64,000 nt of DNA from Candidatus Bathyarchaeota archaeon (GTDB taxonomy: Archaea > Thermoproteota > Bathyarchaeia > Bathyarchaeales > Bathycorpusculaceae), in the NCBI GenBank assembly GCA_963775895.1, contig CAVZKL010000009.1, positions 32,001-96,000 on the forward strand, written 5' to 3'. How positions within the stretch are numbered: the stretch's first letter is position 1; each line of letters starts with the position of its first letter. The notes below the pieces were generated by a model, which saw only the letters and a program-made list of their open reading frames with translations, ran no database searches and was not told where the DNA came from. Made by a program: the position numbers and the translations under genes. Below are positions 51,097 to 61,197 of this stretch, one piece after another.

Positions 51097-51954
51097 ATGT
51101 CCAAAGAAACAGTACTCATCGTTGGACTAGGTGAAGTTGGACACTCACTTTATGATCTTTTTAAAGAAAACGACAAGTTCGACGTGTATGGCCATGACAT
51201 AGACGAAGAAACAACCAAAGCACTAACGGGAAAGACCGAGCTTTCATACGGCGTTGACGTGATGCACATATGCATTCCCTGCAGAAAACAGGACACATTC
51301 GTGCAAACCACGGTCGATTACATAAGAAAGGTCAAACCCAAACTGACTATTATCGACAGCACCGTTCCTCCTGGGACAACAAAGAAGATCTACGAGCTTA
51401 CGAAGGCTCCTATAGCCGATTCCCCGATACGAGGAATGCACAAAAACCTAGAAACAATGAAAAGAGACATCCGTTTCTGGACAAAATATGTCGGTGGCGC
51501 AACAGAACAATCAGCTGCCCAAGCCAAAAAGCACTTTGAGAAGCTCGGACTGAAAGTCAAGGTGCTGAAGAGTCCAGCTGAGACAGAACTGGCCAAACTT
51601 TTCGAGACAACCTACAGAGCGTGGATGATAGCTTGCTTCCAAGAAATGCACAGGATCTCGCGGCACTTCAACGCAGACTTCGACCAGGTTGTCGACATGT
51701 TAGAAGAAATTCATCGGATTGACTTCAATAAACCGTTACATTTTCCAGACGTGATAGGAGGACACTGCCTCATACCCAACACCGAACTGTTGCTCTCGGC
51801 TTATGATTCCAAGTTTCTGCGTTTGATTGTGGAATCTAATGAAAGACGCAAAGAAGAAATTAAGGACGCGAAAATACGAGAGGAAGTCGAGAAAGTCAAG
51901 AAAAGAGCCATAGCGCTTGAGAATGACCTTAAAGCCAAACACAAGCTGGACTAG
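51097..51954 (+). CDS. UDP-glucose/GDP-mannose dehydrogenase family, short form
   Basis: IVGLGEVG, DSTVPPGTT, TELAKLFE, IGGHCL catalytic Cys. Confidence 0.85.
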   Translation: MSKETVLIVGLGEVGHSLYDLFKENDKFDVYGHDIDEETTKALTGKTELSYGVDVMHICIPCRKQDTFVQTTVDYIRKVKPKLTIIDSTVPPGTTKKIYELTKAPIADSPIRGMHKNLETMKRDIRFWTKYVGGATEQSAAQAKKHFEKLGLKVKVLKSPAETELAKLFETTYRAWMIACFQEMHRISRHFNADFDQVVDMLEEIHRIDFNKPLHFPDVIGGHCLIPNTELLLSAYDSKFLRLIVESNERRKEEIKDAKIREEVEKVKKRAIALENDLKAKHKLD

Positions 51955-52838
51955 CCTCTCGGCGTTCTAGCTTGAAGCAATCCTCTCATGTAATAGAGCC
52001 GAATCAAAGGATGAATATACGTTATTGACGGCTCCTTCATTCTTACAGCCATGAAAAGACCCGTAAAGGGAGAGATGAGAAAACGATACACCACAGCCGA
52101 TTTTGTAATGGGAGGGGGTTTATTCATCTTGTCCTCTATCCGCCTATTGATTTCGTATAGCTGTGTCGCATACCAATATTGATGGCTCAGCTCCTGCTGC
52201 AAACCCTGTCTGAGATGAACAGACTGAACAGAGTAATCCACAACCCAACGATAACCACTCCGTGCGATCTCGTAAGCCAAAATCGTTTCAACACCCGCAT
52301 TCACAGACAGCTTAGGAAAACCACCCAAAGCCCTAACAACTTTGGTCTTGTAAATTGTGTTGTCAAGAGTTTTCCCGAGAACAAAAGCTGACATTTGGCG
52401 AGTTCTCAACCAAGGAGCCATTTCTGATTCGCCGCGATACTTCTTGGCTACGTATTGCTGGAGTTTCCTCACGCCCCTCGGCTTGTCAGCAAAACGCATT
52501 CCACACGCTACAGCCACTTCGGGCACCTCAATTTGGGGTGCGATCTTATCCCACCAGTCAGGAGCCAATAACAAATCTTGTTCAAAGCTTATGAAATAGT
52601 CTGTCGTAACTGAATGCAAAGCGGTGTTGGCACCATCGCTTATGCCCTGTCCTTCATTGAAGATAACGTCCCAGTTGTGTGATTCTGCAATCTGCCTTGT
52701 TTTATCAGTGCTTCTATCGTCAACAATCAACTTTCTGTTAACATATTCACTGGGTATCACATGATCTATTCGGTTCAGTACCAAGTCCAAGGTCTCAGAA
52801 CCATTCTTGGTCCACATCACCAGATCGACCCTTTTCAA
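51951..52838 (-). CDS. GT2 glycosyltransferase, paralog of 49852-50730
   Basis: LVMWTKNG, VDDRSTDKT, SFEQD, GKTLDNT. Confidence 0.85.
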   Translation of the reverse strand: MKRVDLVMWTKNGSETLDLVLNRIDHVIPSEYVNRKLIVDDRSTDKTRQIAESHNWDVIFNEGQGISDGANTALHSVTTDYFISFEQDLLLAPDWWDKIAPQIEVPEVAVACGMRFADKPRGVRKLQQYVAKKYRGESEMAPWLRTRQMSAFVLGKTLDNTIYKTKVVRALGGFPKLSVNAGVETILAYEIARSGYRWVVDYSVQSVHLRQGLQQELSHQYWYATQLYEINRRIEDKMNKPPPITKSAVVYRFLISPFTGLFMAVRMKEPSITYIHPLIRLYYMRGLLQARTPRG

Positions 52839-53055
52839 TATTATCCCTGCTTTTGCACGTCAGCCCACAACTTAACTCCTCCAATCCAATAAGACTTCCG
52901 TGTTCTTTCAGCGAATCTCACGAGGAAGCGCTCGAGAAGCAACCGATATGCGGTTTTCGAGGTGAAAACCATCAGACAGAAGAAAACCCTGCAAAAAGCT
53001 AAAACAAGGCACTGACATATATGAAAGCAATACGGATCAGGAAGGAACGGTGAGT

Positions 53056-54126
53056 ATGAAAGGCGTAATTTTGCACGGCGGTCATGGCACGAGACTGCGA
53101 CCATTCACACATACTGGACCAAAACAGCTGATTCCTGTTGCAAACAAACCGATTTCGCAATACGTTCTGGAGGATTTGCGAGACAGCGGAATCAAAGATA
53201 TCGCCATAATACTGGGCGACGTGATGCCAGAAAAAGTGAGAACTATTATGGTGACGGGAAAAAATTCGGCGTAAAAATCAAGTATATCAGTCAGCCGAAA
53301 CCAGGGGGAATCGCCGAGGCAGTCGGTTTGACCGAAGATTATGTTGGCAGCGATCTTTTCATCGTGTACCTTGGAGATAATCTCCTTAAAGGTGGAATCG
53401 CCAAGTGCGTTCGAGAATTCAAAGAGAAAAAACATGATGCAATGATATTGCTTAGCAGGGTAAAAGATCCTCAACAGTTCGGCGTGGCAGAATTTGACAA
53501 GAAAGGAAAAATTGTGAGGCTCATTGAAAAGCCGAAAAAACCACCAAGCAACTACGCGCTTACTGGCATATACTTCCTTAGGCCAGTGATCTTCAAGATG
53601 ATAAAGAAGTTGAAGCCTTCTCGGCGAGGAGAACTCGAGATTACCGAAGCTCTACAAATGCTGCTTGACGAGGGCTACCAAGTTGGCCACCGTATCGTGG
53701 AAGGCTGGTGGAAAGACACTGGAACGATTGAAGACATAATCGACGCCAACATTCTCGTACTCGATGAAATTGAAACTTCTATAAAAGGAACGGTTGAAGA
53801 CACTTCGTGCATCCAAGGACGCGTCTCAATAGGAAACAGGATCGATCGTCAAAAAGGGAGCTCTAATCAGAGGACCGGCAATCGTGGGAGAAAATTCGAC
53901 TATAGAAAGTGGCGTTTACATTGGACCGTACACGTCGATCGGCAACGATGTCCAGATCAAGAAGGGTGAAATAGAAAACTCGATAATAATGGACAACTGC
54001 ACAGTATGCGTAAACTCGCGCATAATTGACAGCATGATAGGTTCAAACTCGGAAATAACAACTGATAGCAAGGGACCGAAGGGTCACAGGCTAATAATAG
54101 GCGAGAACTCGAGAATAGTGCTTTGA
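53056..54126 (+). CDS. rmlA: Glucose-1-phosphate thymidylyltransferase, long form (two frameshifts)
   Basis: GGHGTRLRPFT..PKQLIPVANKP, YLGDN, RGELEIT, WWKDTG, hexapeptide tail spread over three track ORFs. Confidence 0.88.
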
Positions 54127-54127
54127 G

Positions 54128-54604
54128 ATGAGAAGCATGATAGAAGGTGTTATCACTAAACCGTTGAAAACGGTAGCCGATGAAAGAGGATGGCTCACAG
54201 AAGTACTCAGAAACGACTGGGAACACTTCAAAAAATTTGGACAAGTATACGTTACAGCAGCCTACCCTCAGGTGGTTAAAGCCTGGCATATGCACAAAAA
54301 ACAGACGGACAACATGGCATGCATCAAGGGCATGGTAAAACTTGTGCTGTACGACGGTAGAAAGAAATCGAAGACCAAGAATGAAACGAACGAGCTGACA
54401 ATCGGGGAGAGGAACCTGTTATTGGTTCACATCCCACCCGAGGTTTGGCACGGGTTCAAAACCATAAGCGAAGACTATGCACTAATCTTGAACGTGCCCA
54501 CCGAACTTTACAATTACGAAAAACCAGACGAGCATAGGTTACCGCCAGACACAGACAAGATTCCGTACGAATGGAAACTCGCATCGTGGCTCAAGCACGG
54601 GTGA
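54128..54604 (+). CDS. rmlC: dTDP-4-dehydrorhamnose 3,5-epimerase family
   Basis: DERGWLTE, VKAWHMH, IPPEVWHGF. Confidence 0.88.
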   Translation: MRSMIEGVITKPLKTVADERGWLTEVLRNDWEHFKKFGQVYVTAAYPQVVKAWHMHKKQTDNMACIKGMVKLVLYDGRKKSKTKNETNELTIGERNLLLVHIPPEVWHGFKTISEDYALILNVPTELYNYEKPDEHRLPPDTDKIPYEWKLASWLKHG

Positions 54605-54698
54605 ATTGATGACCTTTCTTTGAAATCATGATACTTTGGAAAACAGTGTTTTTATACGAAGAATGAATTCTTCTGGTAAGATCAGTCGAGCGGAGAAA

Positions 54699-56192
54699 GT
54701 GTTGATCAAACTGAGAGTCGACGTCGACTATCCTTACCCATCACGATTGAGAAGCTTCATTTGCACAGCTCTGGGAATAAAGGCCGGCGGAGACTACCTC
54801 AAGAATTCAAAGATACTCGCAAGAATGATCAACGAATCCTCCAAGGGAAGTCAAGGCTTATTGGTTCTTCACGCCTAAAACGATGCCTGACCAACAGCTC
54901 ATGCGGTTGCTGAATGAAGAAAGACACGAAGTCGCCCTTCACATCGCAAACAACCCCTACAAAGAGATGAACCTGCTTCAGAAGACGACCGGCAGAAAAC
55001 TCGAGTACTACACCGTTCACGGAACAGCCCGCTTTCTCGCCAGAGCTGATGTGGAGACGTTGGACCTTCAAAGCCCCACAAATCCCTGATAGATTATCCG
55101 CTCATTTCATTTTACCAATTCCCGACATTTGGACTCGACGTCTACTGCTTCAATCACAGCGAACGATCAGTCAAAGAAAATGGCTGCCGAACAGGTAAAA
55201 GAAGGAAAGATTCTCCACGTTCACCCGATATGGCTATTTCCAGCGCGGAAAAATGAACCATCGAGGACCCTACTACGAAACGCTACGTACAGTACTTGAC
55301 GTAGACAACGACCTCAAAGCCCTAAACATAAACAAAAGAAAATTCTTCAAAATTGCCAGAGACAGTTGGGAATACGATAGAGACAATCTTCCATCAGACG
55401 TGCTCATCGATAAACTAGGCGAAAGAGATGTTGACATTTACACTTTTATCGAGAGGAAATGGAGCAGAACCCATTTCAAATCCGCCAAAACAGTGGAAAG
55501 GAACTAGCGACAACATTGCTTTCATCGAAGTAACAAACTACGAAGATTGGCTCCAGAAAATAGGCAAGAAAACTCGCAACATGATCCGGAAAGCCGAAAA
55601 AAGCGGGATAACAGTGAAAACTGTGGAGCCGGACGACAATTTCGCAGCAAGGCATCTGGAGAATATACAACGAAACGCCGATAAGACAAGAAAGAGGATT
55701 CCCTCACTATGGAGAATCATTGCGACAAGTGACTCGAGAACTTCGTTTAACACCAAACTGCACCTACATCGGAGCTTACCTGCAAGAAGGAACTGGTTGG
55801 CTTCATACAACTTGTTCATGGCGACAATCTGTCTCGAATATCTCAAATCCTCTCCATGCAGATCCACTGGGACAAAGCAGTTAACAACGCCTTGTTGGCA
55901 AAGGCAATTGAAGTGTGCGCTAACCAAAAAGGATCGATGGATAATGTATGGAAGAATTGGAAATCACCCGTCACTGGACGAGTTCAAGAAGAACAATGGA
56001 TTCTACAAGCTTGAATTGACGCGATTTTACGTTCCAATAACTCAGGCGAGGCAGAATGGGCAATCGGCACTGGGACTTCACAGGGAGTTGAAGGATTCGC
56101 TGCCGCAGTCGATGAAGTATCCTTTGATACCGCTCTACAATTGGGTCAGTAGAACCAAAATGAGGACGAGAATCTTCTTCAAGGAAAAATGA
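54699..56192 (+). CDS. Hypothetical deacetylase-like plus GNAT/FemAB-like protein, fragmented by several indels
   Basis: LRVDVDYPYP, HEVALH, TVHGT, HVHP.W, then KKTRNMIRKAEKSG and SLDEFKKNNGF in successive frames. Confidence 0.55.
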
Positions 56193-56301
56193 GCATTGTC
56201 CAAAGTGACTAGCCAGCAGTCTCACGCGAAGAAAGTCCATAATCGAAGCAATATTAAATAATCTCACGCAAGTATGCTTTGAGCTAAAGCGGGGTAACCG
56301 C

Positions 56302-57813
56302 GTGACCACGAAGGACATTAGACTGCAATCGGGTTTCATAGTCTTTGCTGCCAAGATAAGCAGCGTCGCAACAGGGCTGGTTTTCCAGTTCATAGTTGCT
56401 CACGCATTAGTGCGCAGCCGTGAATACGACATTTGGTTCAACATCAACGACTTAAACGCATACTTCGTACTTCTTGCGGGTGTGCTGCCATTCTGGGCGA
56501 TGCGGTACGTAACCAGAGACAAGGAGGGATCGGTGAAGACGGGGATTTTTGCAAACCTCATGATTTCCGCAGTTGCCTCGGTCGTTTACGTACTCCTCAT
56601 ACCTTCTGTGATGTCAGCACTCCAAGTCAACATGCTTTATCTTCCAATATACTTGCTCATGGCGATTCAGATAGTCGAAATCCATTCCATAGCGATAATG
56701 GAGTCTTGTCTGCAAGCCAGAATCCCGCAGAATGTAGGTTACGGATTGCTCGTGCAGCAAATCACTAAAGTGATCGTTGGCATCGTGTTGATTGTCGGGT
56801 TCAAACAGTTACTTCTCGGAGCCGTGGTCGCGACAATAGTAGGCTACGCTATTCAGACTTTCTACTACGTCAAGACCTTTGCGGTGGAACTGAGGAAGAG
56901 ACTGTGCATCGGATACATCGGAGAGTGGCTGAAAGGTTCGCTTGCAAACATCTACAATGTCATTGGCAATCAAATAGCCGCGTACATTTTCATAATGCTC
57001 TTCACGTACGTTGACAGCGCTAGGGGAATTTACGGAGCGGCAGCAACGATTGTTAACGTGATAACCTTCTCCTCTTACCTGTCTTTTGCCCTGTATCCGA
57101 AGCTCCTTGCTGAAAAGAAAATGGACGATGTGGCGAGTTCAATGAAAATGGTATTGATGTTCGCCGTGCCATTGACGGTTGGCGCCGTCGCACTTGCAGA
57201 CTCGTACATAACACTTCTGAGACCTGGAGCTGCTGGTGCAGGACCCGTTCTCATGGTCTTGGCATTAGACTCTTTTGTAGTGGTGATATCCGGTTTCTAC
57301 AGCTCAATTCTATACGGCGTTGAAACAGTCGACGAAGGATCAAAGCTCTCTCTTCGTCAACTCGTGAAGAGCCGATTGTTTATAGCCTTCTCACTTCCGT
57401 ATCTTCACTCTGCCATCGCGCTTCCAACCGCCTATTACGTACTAACGAACTACGCACAGAAACAGCCTTTTCAAGCCGCGCTCTACGTGAGTATAATCAA
57501 CGCTGTTGTCCGCTTTTTGATGTTCCTGATCCTAATTGTAGTCGTTCGCGGCATGGCAAAGATCCACATCCCCTGGAAGAGCATTTCAAAGTACGTTTTT
57601 GCCGCAGCGGTGATGGGCATAATTCTTTATGTCAGTCCCCACCCGACGACGGCTTCCTCGACACTTTTTGAAGCAGCAGTCACGCTCGTTGAAACAGGAA
57701 TCGGAGGTCTCATCTACCTAGGCGTACTGATGGCCATAGACAAAGATGCTAGAAGATTGCCCCGCGAAATCATAAATGAATTCAGACAAAAGCAGACGGC
57801 GGCCGACAGTTAG
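56302..57813 (+). CDS. MOP-superfamily oligosaccharide flippase-like membrane protein
   Basis: About 14 hydrophobic segments, ALYPKL motif, glycan-locus context. Confidence 0.75.
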   Translation: MTTKDIRLQSGFIVFAAKISSVATGLVFQFIVAHALVRSREYDIWFNINDLNAYFVLLAGVLPFWAMRYVTRDKEGSVKTGIFANLMISAVASVVYVLLIPSVMSALQVNMLYLPIYLLMAIQIVEIHSIAIMESCLQARIPQNVGYGLLVQQITKVIVGIVLIVGFKQLLLGAVVATIVGYAIQTFYYVKTFAVELRKRLCIGYIGEWLKGSLANIYNVIGNQIAAYIFIMLFTYVDSARGIYGAAATIVNVITFSSYLSFALYPKLLAEKKMDDVASSMKMVLMFAVPLTVGAVALADSYITLLRPGAAGAGPVLMVLALDSFVVVISGFYSSILYGVETVDEGSKLSLRQLVKSRLFIAFSLPYLHSAIALPTAYYVLTNYAQKQPFQAALYVSIINAVVRFLMFLILIVVVRGMAKIHIPWKSISKYVFAAAVMGIILYVSPHPTTASSTLFEAAVTLVETGIGGLIYLGVLMAIDKDARRLPREIINEFRQKQTAADS

Positions 57814-58079
57814 AAAAGCAACCGCTTCAGAAGATTGTTCAGCTCTTCCTTGGTCTCTAGTCCTCTGAGGATCACTTTTCCGCTTCCGTAGAGCCTAAAA
57901 GAATAATTCTCGTACGCTAGCTCGGATACTATTCCGGCTATTGACTTCTTCACTGTGGCTCTTTCCAGTATTTTCTTGATCACTTCATCCTTCTTCTCAT
58001 ACTTGAAGGTGACTATCACGTCCTTTTCTTTGCCACACGTCCCGTCGATTCTTGCCACATAATCTTCAACGCTGGTCAT
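57810..58079 (-). CDS. Hypothetical protein, last gene of the Fe-S operon
   Basis: 89 aa, overlaps the sufS stop; 'FRLYGSGKVILRG'. Confidence 0.7.
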   Translation of the reverse strand: MTSVEDYVARIDGTCGKEKDVIVTFKYEKKDEVIKKILERATVKKSIAGIVSELAYENYSFRLYGSGKVILRGLETKEELNNLLKRLLF

Positions 58080-59320
58080 AGGGACTCGCCGATCTCCTTC
58101 AGGACTTCTGTGAACCTGTCTATTTCCTCAGTGGTGTTGTAAATGTAGAAGCTCGCCCTTGCGGACGAACTCAATTTCAATAGTTCGTGGAGGGGTTGCG
58201 CACAGTGAAAACCGCTTCGAACCATTATTCCGTAATTGTCAAGGAAAAGGGCCACATCGTGGGAACTTAAACCCTTGATGCCGAAAGGAATTATCCCGCA
58301 CTTTGCAGAGACTTCTTTTGTTCCGTAGACCTCCAGTTTGTCACAACAGTCTAGCATCCGTGGCAACGCGTATTCGGTGAGCTTTTCTTCGTGTTTTTTC
58401 ACGTTTTCCATACCCAAGCGTTTCAGGTACTTTACGGCTGCCATCAGTCCGACAGCGCCTTCTACGTTGGGTGTTCCAGCTTCGAATTTCCATGGAAGAA
58501 CGTTCCAAGTTATTGAGCAGTTCTTGGTCTTGGAGTCAATCGAGACTTCGCGTATCATCGCTCCTCCGCCTTGGAAAGGTTCCATTCCTTCCAACACGTT
58601 TCGCTTGCCGTACAGAACTCCGATACCCGTCGGCCCAAGCATCTTGTGGCCCGAAAACGCAAGAAAGTCTACGTCCAAGTCCTTGACGTTCACGGGCATG
58701 TGTGGGACTGACTGAGCCCCATCAACCAGCACCATTGCCTCGTGCTCATGTGCAATTTCAGCAATCTTTCTCACGTCATTCACTATTCCGGTGACGTTGG
58801 AGACGTGAGACACGCAAACCAGTTTCGTCTTTTTTGAGACAAGTTTTTCAAAGGAATCATAATTCAACGTTCCATCGGCGTTTATGTCGATGAATTTTAT
58901 TCTGAACCCGGTAATCTTTGAGATTATTTCCCACGGGACTAGGTTGCTGTGATGTTCCATCAACGAAATGATTATTTCGTCGTTTTTGCCTAGGTTTCGA
59001 AGACCCCACGCGTACGCGACCAAGTTTATGGCTTCGGTTGTTCCCCTGACAAAGATTGTCTCTTCCATGCCTTTTGCGCCTATGAACTTGGCGATTTCTT
59101 CATGCGCACTTTCATAGAGCTCTGAGGCTTCTTGCGATAGCGTGTACACTGCGCGGTGCACGTTTGCGTTGTGTTTTCTGTAAAAGTCTTCGATTGCTTC
59201 GATCACTTGCCGGGGTTTCTGAGAGGTTGCCGCGTTGTCAAAGTAAATGAGTGGGTGATCGTTTACCTTACGCTTCAGAATAGGGAAGTCCTCTCGGATC
59301 TTGTAGGGATCGAACATCAT
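58076..59320 (-). CDS. sufS: Cysteine desulfurase, SufS (type II)
   Basis: YFDNAATSQKP, NVHR, MEHHSN, DGAQ, SGHKMLGPTG, FEAGTP, RSGFHCAQP. Confidence 0.95.
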   Translation of the reverse strand: MMFDPYKIREDFPILKRKVNDHPLIYFDNAATSQKPRQVIEAIEDFYRKHNANVHRAVYTLSQEASELYESAHEEIAKFIGAKGMEETIFVRGTTEAINLVAYAWGLRNLGKNDEIIISLMEHHSNLVPWEIISKITGFRIKFIDINADGTLNYDSFEKLVSKKTKLVCVSHVSNVTGIVNDVRKIAEIAHEHEAMVLVDGAQSVPHMPVNVKDLDVDFLAFSGHKMLGPTGIGVLYGKRNVLEGMEPFQGGGAMIREVSIDSKTKNCSITWNVLPWKFEAGTPNVEGAVGLMAAVKYLKRLGMENVKKHEEKLTEYALPRMLDCCDKLEVYGTKEVSAKCGIIPFGIKGLSSHDVALFLDNYGIMVRSGFHCAQPLHELLKLSSSARASFYIYNTTEEIDRFTEVLKEIGESL

Positions 59321-59817
59321 TTTCCTTCTGCTGCCTTCATTCTTTTCTCAAGCATCTTCGCAAGCTGTTCTTCTTCCAAAGCTTGTTTTTCCTCAAAACT
59401 CGGTTCTTTCTGTATCCAGTCAGGGGTTGAGCCTTTCAGGCTGAAATATTTTCTTATAGCTCTCTTCAGGGCACCTACGGCCAGTATGCCACAGTGAAAC
59501 TTCACGCTCGGTAATCCACCGACGGCTTCTGCGACGCTCTTGTAGGAGACGTTCCAAGCCTCTGCGAGCTTCATACCTTTTATCATTTCAGTGACTATGC
59601 TGGACGTGGCAATGTTCGCTGCACAACCGTAGCTTTCGAAAGATGCTTTCTCAATCACTTCTTTGTCATCGATCTTCAGGTAGAAAGTTATCATGTCACC
59701 GCACATCGGGTTTCCTGCAATGGCTGACACGCTAGCGTCTTCCATTTTTCCAAGGTTTTTCGGGTTCTTAAACAATTCCAGTATTTTCGGGTTATAGGGT
59801 AATGGTGCACGTGACAT
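59317..59817 (-). CDS. iscU: Fe-S cluster scaffold IscU/NifU-like
   Basis: F.NPKNLG, GNPMCGD, GCAA, KFHC. Confidence 0.92.
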   Translation of the reverse strand: MSRAPLPYNPKILELFKNPKNLGKMEDASVSAIAGNPMCGDMITFYLKIDDKEVIEKASFESYGCAANIATSSIVTEMIKGMKLAEAWNVSYKSVAEAVGGLPSVKFHCGILAVGALKRAIRKYFSLKGSTPDWIQKEPSFEEKQALEEEQLAKMLEKRMKAAEGK

Positions 59818-61043
59818 TAGTATTCACCTGCTGCAGAACCTGTTATTCCTCTTATCCGTTCAACTGCCCTAGGAATTACTTCCAAGGTATAGTTTATGTC
59901 TTCTTCTGTGTGAAGCCTCGAAACCTTCATCAAGAGACTACCGTGTGCCTGATCGAACTTTTTCCCTATCGCTACCAAAACGTGGCTTGGCTGCAGCAAT
60001 CTTCTGGAACAAGCGCTTCCGCTCGAAACGTACACACCGCTCAGACTGAGTTCGATCGTGAGAGCTTCTCCCTCACACCGCAGAAAACTGATGTTTGCGT
60101 TATCAGGAGCTCTTTTCGATCCTGCGGGTCCGTTGGATTCTACGTCTGGTATTGTGCAGGTTATCCCCTCGACGAGTTTGTCCCGCAAAAATCGCATTTT
60201 CATTGTGTTACCCTCAAAATTCCTGAAAGTCAGTTCAGAAGCCACAGTGAAACCAACGATCAACGGAGTGTTCTCTACTCCAGGCCAGAGTCTTTGAGTA
60301 CCGATCTGTCCCTCCAAGATTCTTTCAAGATCAACGCCTTCCTTCACGTACAGGCAACCCACGCCGCGAGGTCCAAGAATCTTGTAACTGCTGACAGTGG
60401 CCAGATCCACATCTAAGGTTCTTACGTCGAAGGGAATCTTGCCATACGCGTCTGAAGCGTCAGTGTGAAAAACCGCTTCTGCGTTCTTGTCTTGAACTAT
60501 TTCCACTGCCTCTTTGATCGGTTGGATCGTGCCTATTTCATGGTTCACGGTCGATATGCTCACTATGGCTGTTTCATGATTGACAGCTTCGCTTAATCTG
60601 TCCAGGTTTAGGAAGCCCTCGCGGTCAACGGGGATTTTTGTCACGTGAAAACCGCTTTTCTGAAGTAGCTCAGCAACTTGAATGACGTTGATGGGTTCGA
60701 TCTCTGACACAACGATGTTCTTGGCTTTTTCCTTCATCGACATGGCTACTCCGGTTATTGCGAGGTTGTTGGCTTCTGTTTCTCCTGGCGTGAAGTTTAC
60801 TTCCTCAAGGTTCTTACATTTCAAGAACGAGGCTATTTTTTGTGATGACTCCATTATTGTTTCAAACGCTTCCCAACCTGGTTTATGAGTCAAAGTCGGG
60901 TTGCCATACGCCATTTTGTTGAAGTACGGCAGCATCGCCTTCACAACTTCTTCTGGAACCGGAGCCGAATTCTCAAGGTCAAGGTACACTTCACGTTTCA
61001 GTCCCTTGTGCGCTTTCAGCAGTTCTTTGACATTCTCAACCAT
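59817..61043 (-). CDS. Divergent IscS/NifS-like (type I) cysteine desulfurase homolog
   Basis: FTPGETEANNLA, NHEIGTIQP, SSYK, SSGSAC are retained; several PLP and substrate residues are altered. Confidence 0.85.
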   Translation of the reverse strand: MVENVKELLKAHKGLKREVYLDLENSAPVPEEVVKAMLPYFNKMAYGNPTLTHKPGWEAFETIMESSQKIASFLKCKNLEEVNFTPGETEANNLAITGVAMSMKEKAKNIVVSEIEPINVIQVAELLQKSGFHVTKIPVDREGFLNLDRLSEAVNHETAIVSISTVNHEIGTIQPIKEAVEIVQDKNAEAVFHTDASDAYGKIPFDVRTLDVDLATVSSYKILGPRGVGCLYVKEGVDLERILEGQIGTQRLWPGVENTPLIVGFTVASELTFRNFEGNTMKMRFLRDKLVEGITCTIPDVESNGPAGSKRAPDNANISFLRCEGEALTIELSLSGVYVSSGSACSRRLLQPSHVLVAIGKKFDQAHGSLLMKVSRLHTEEDINYTLEVIPRAVERIRGITGSAAGEY

Positions 61044-61197
61044 CGCAACCCAGATCCTGTACGCACTTCCTTTGTCTAGTACTCGATCGTTCTAATAGAA
61101 AAACATAACCCAGAAAGCGAAGCTTTTGACACACGCAACGCTTTAAACCGTCTCAGTAATAATGCTGTTGTAACACTGGGGAGATAGGCGCATACAG

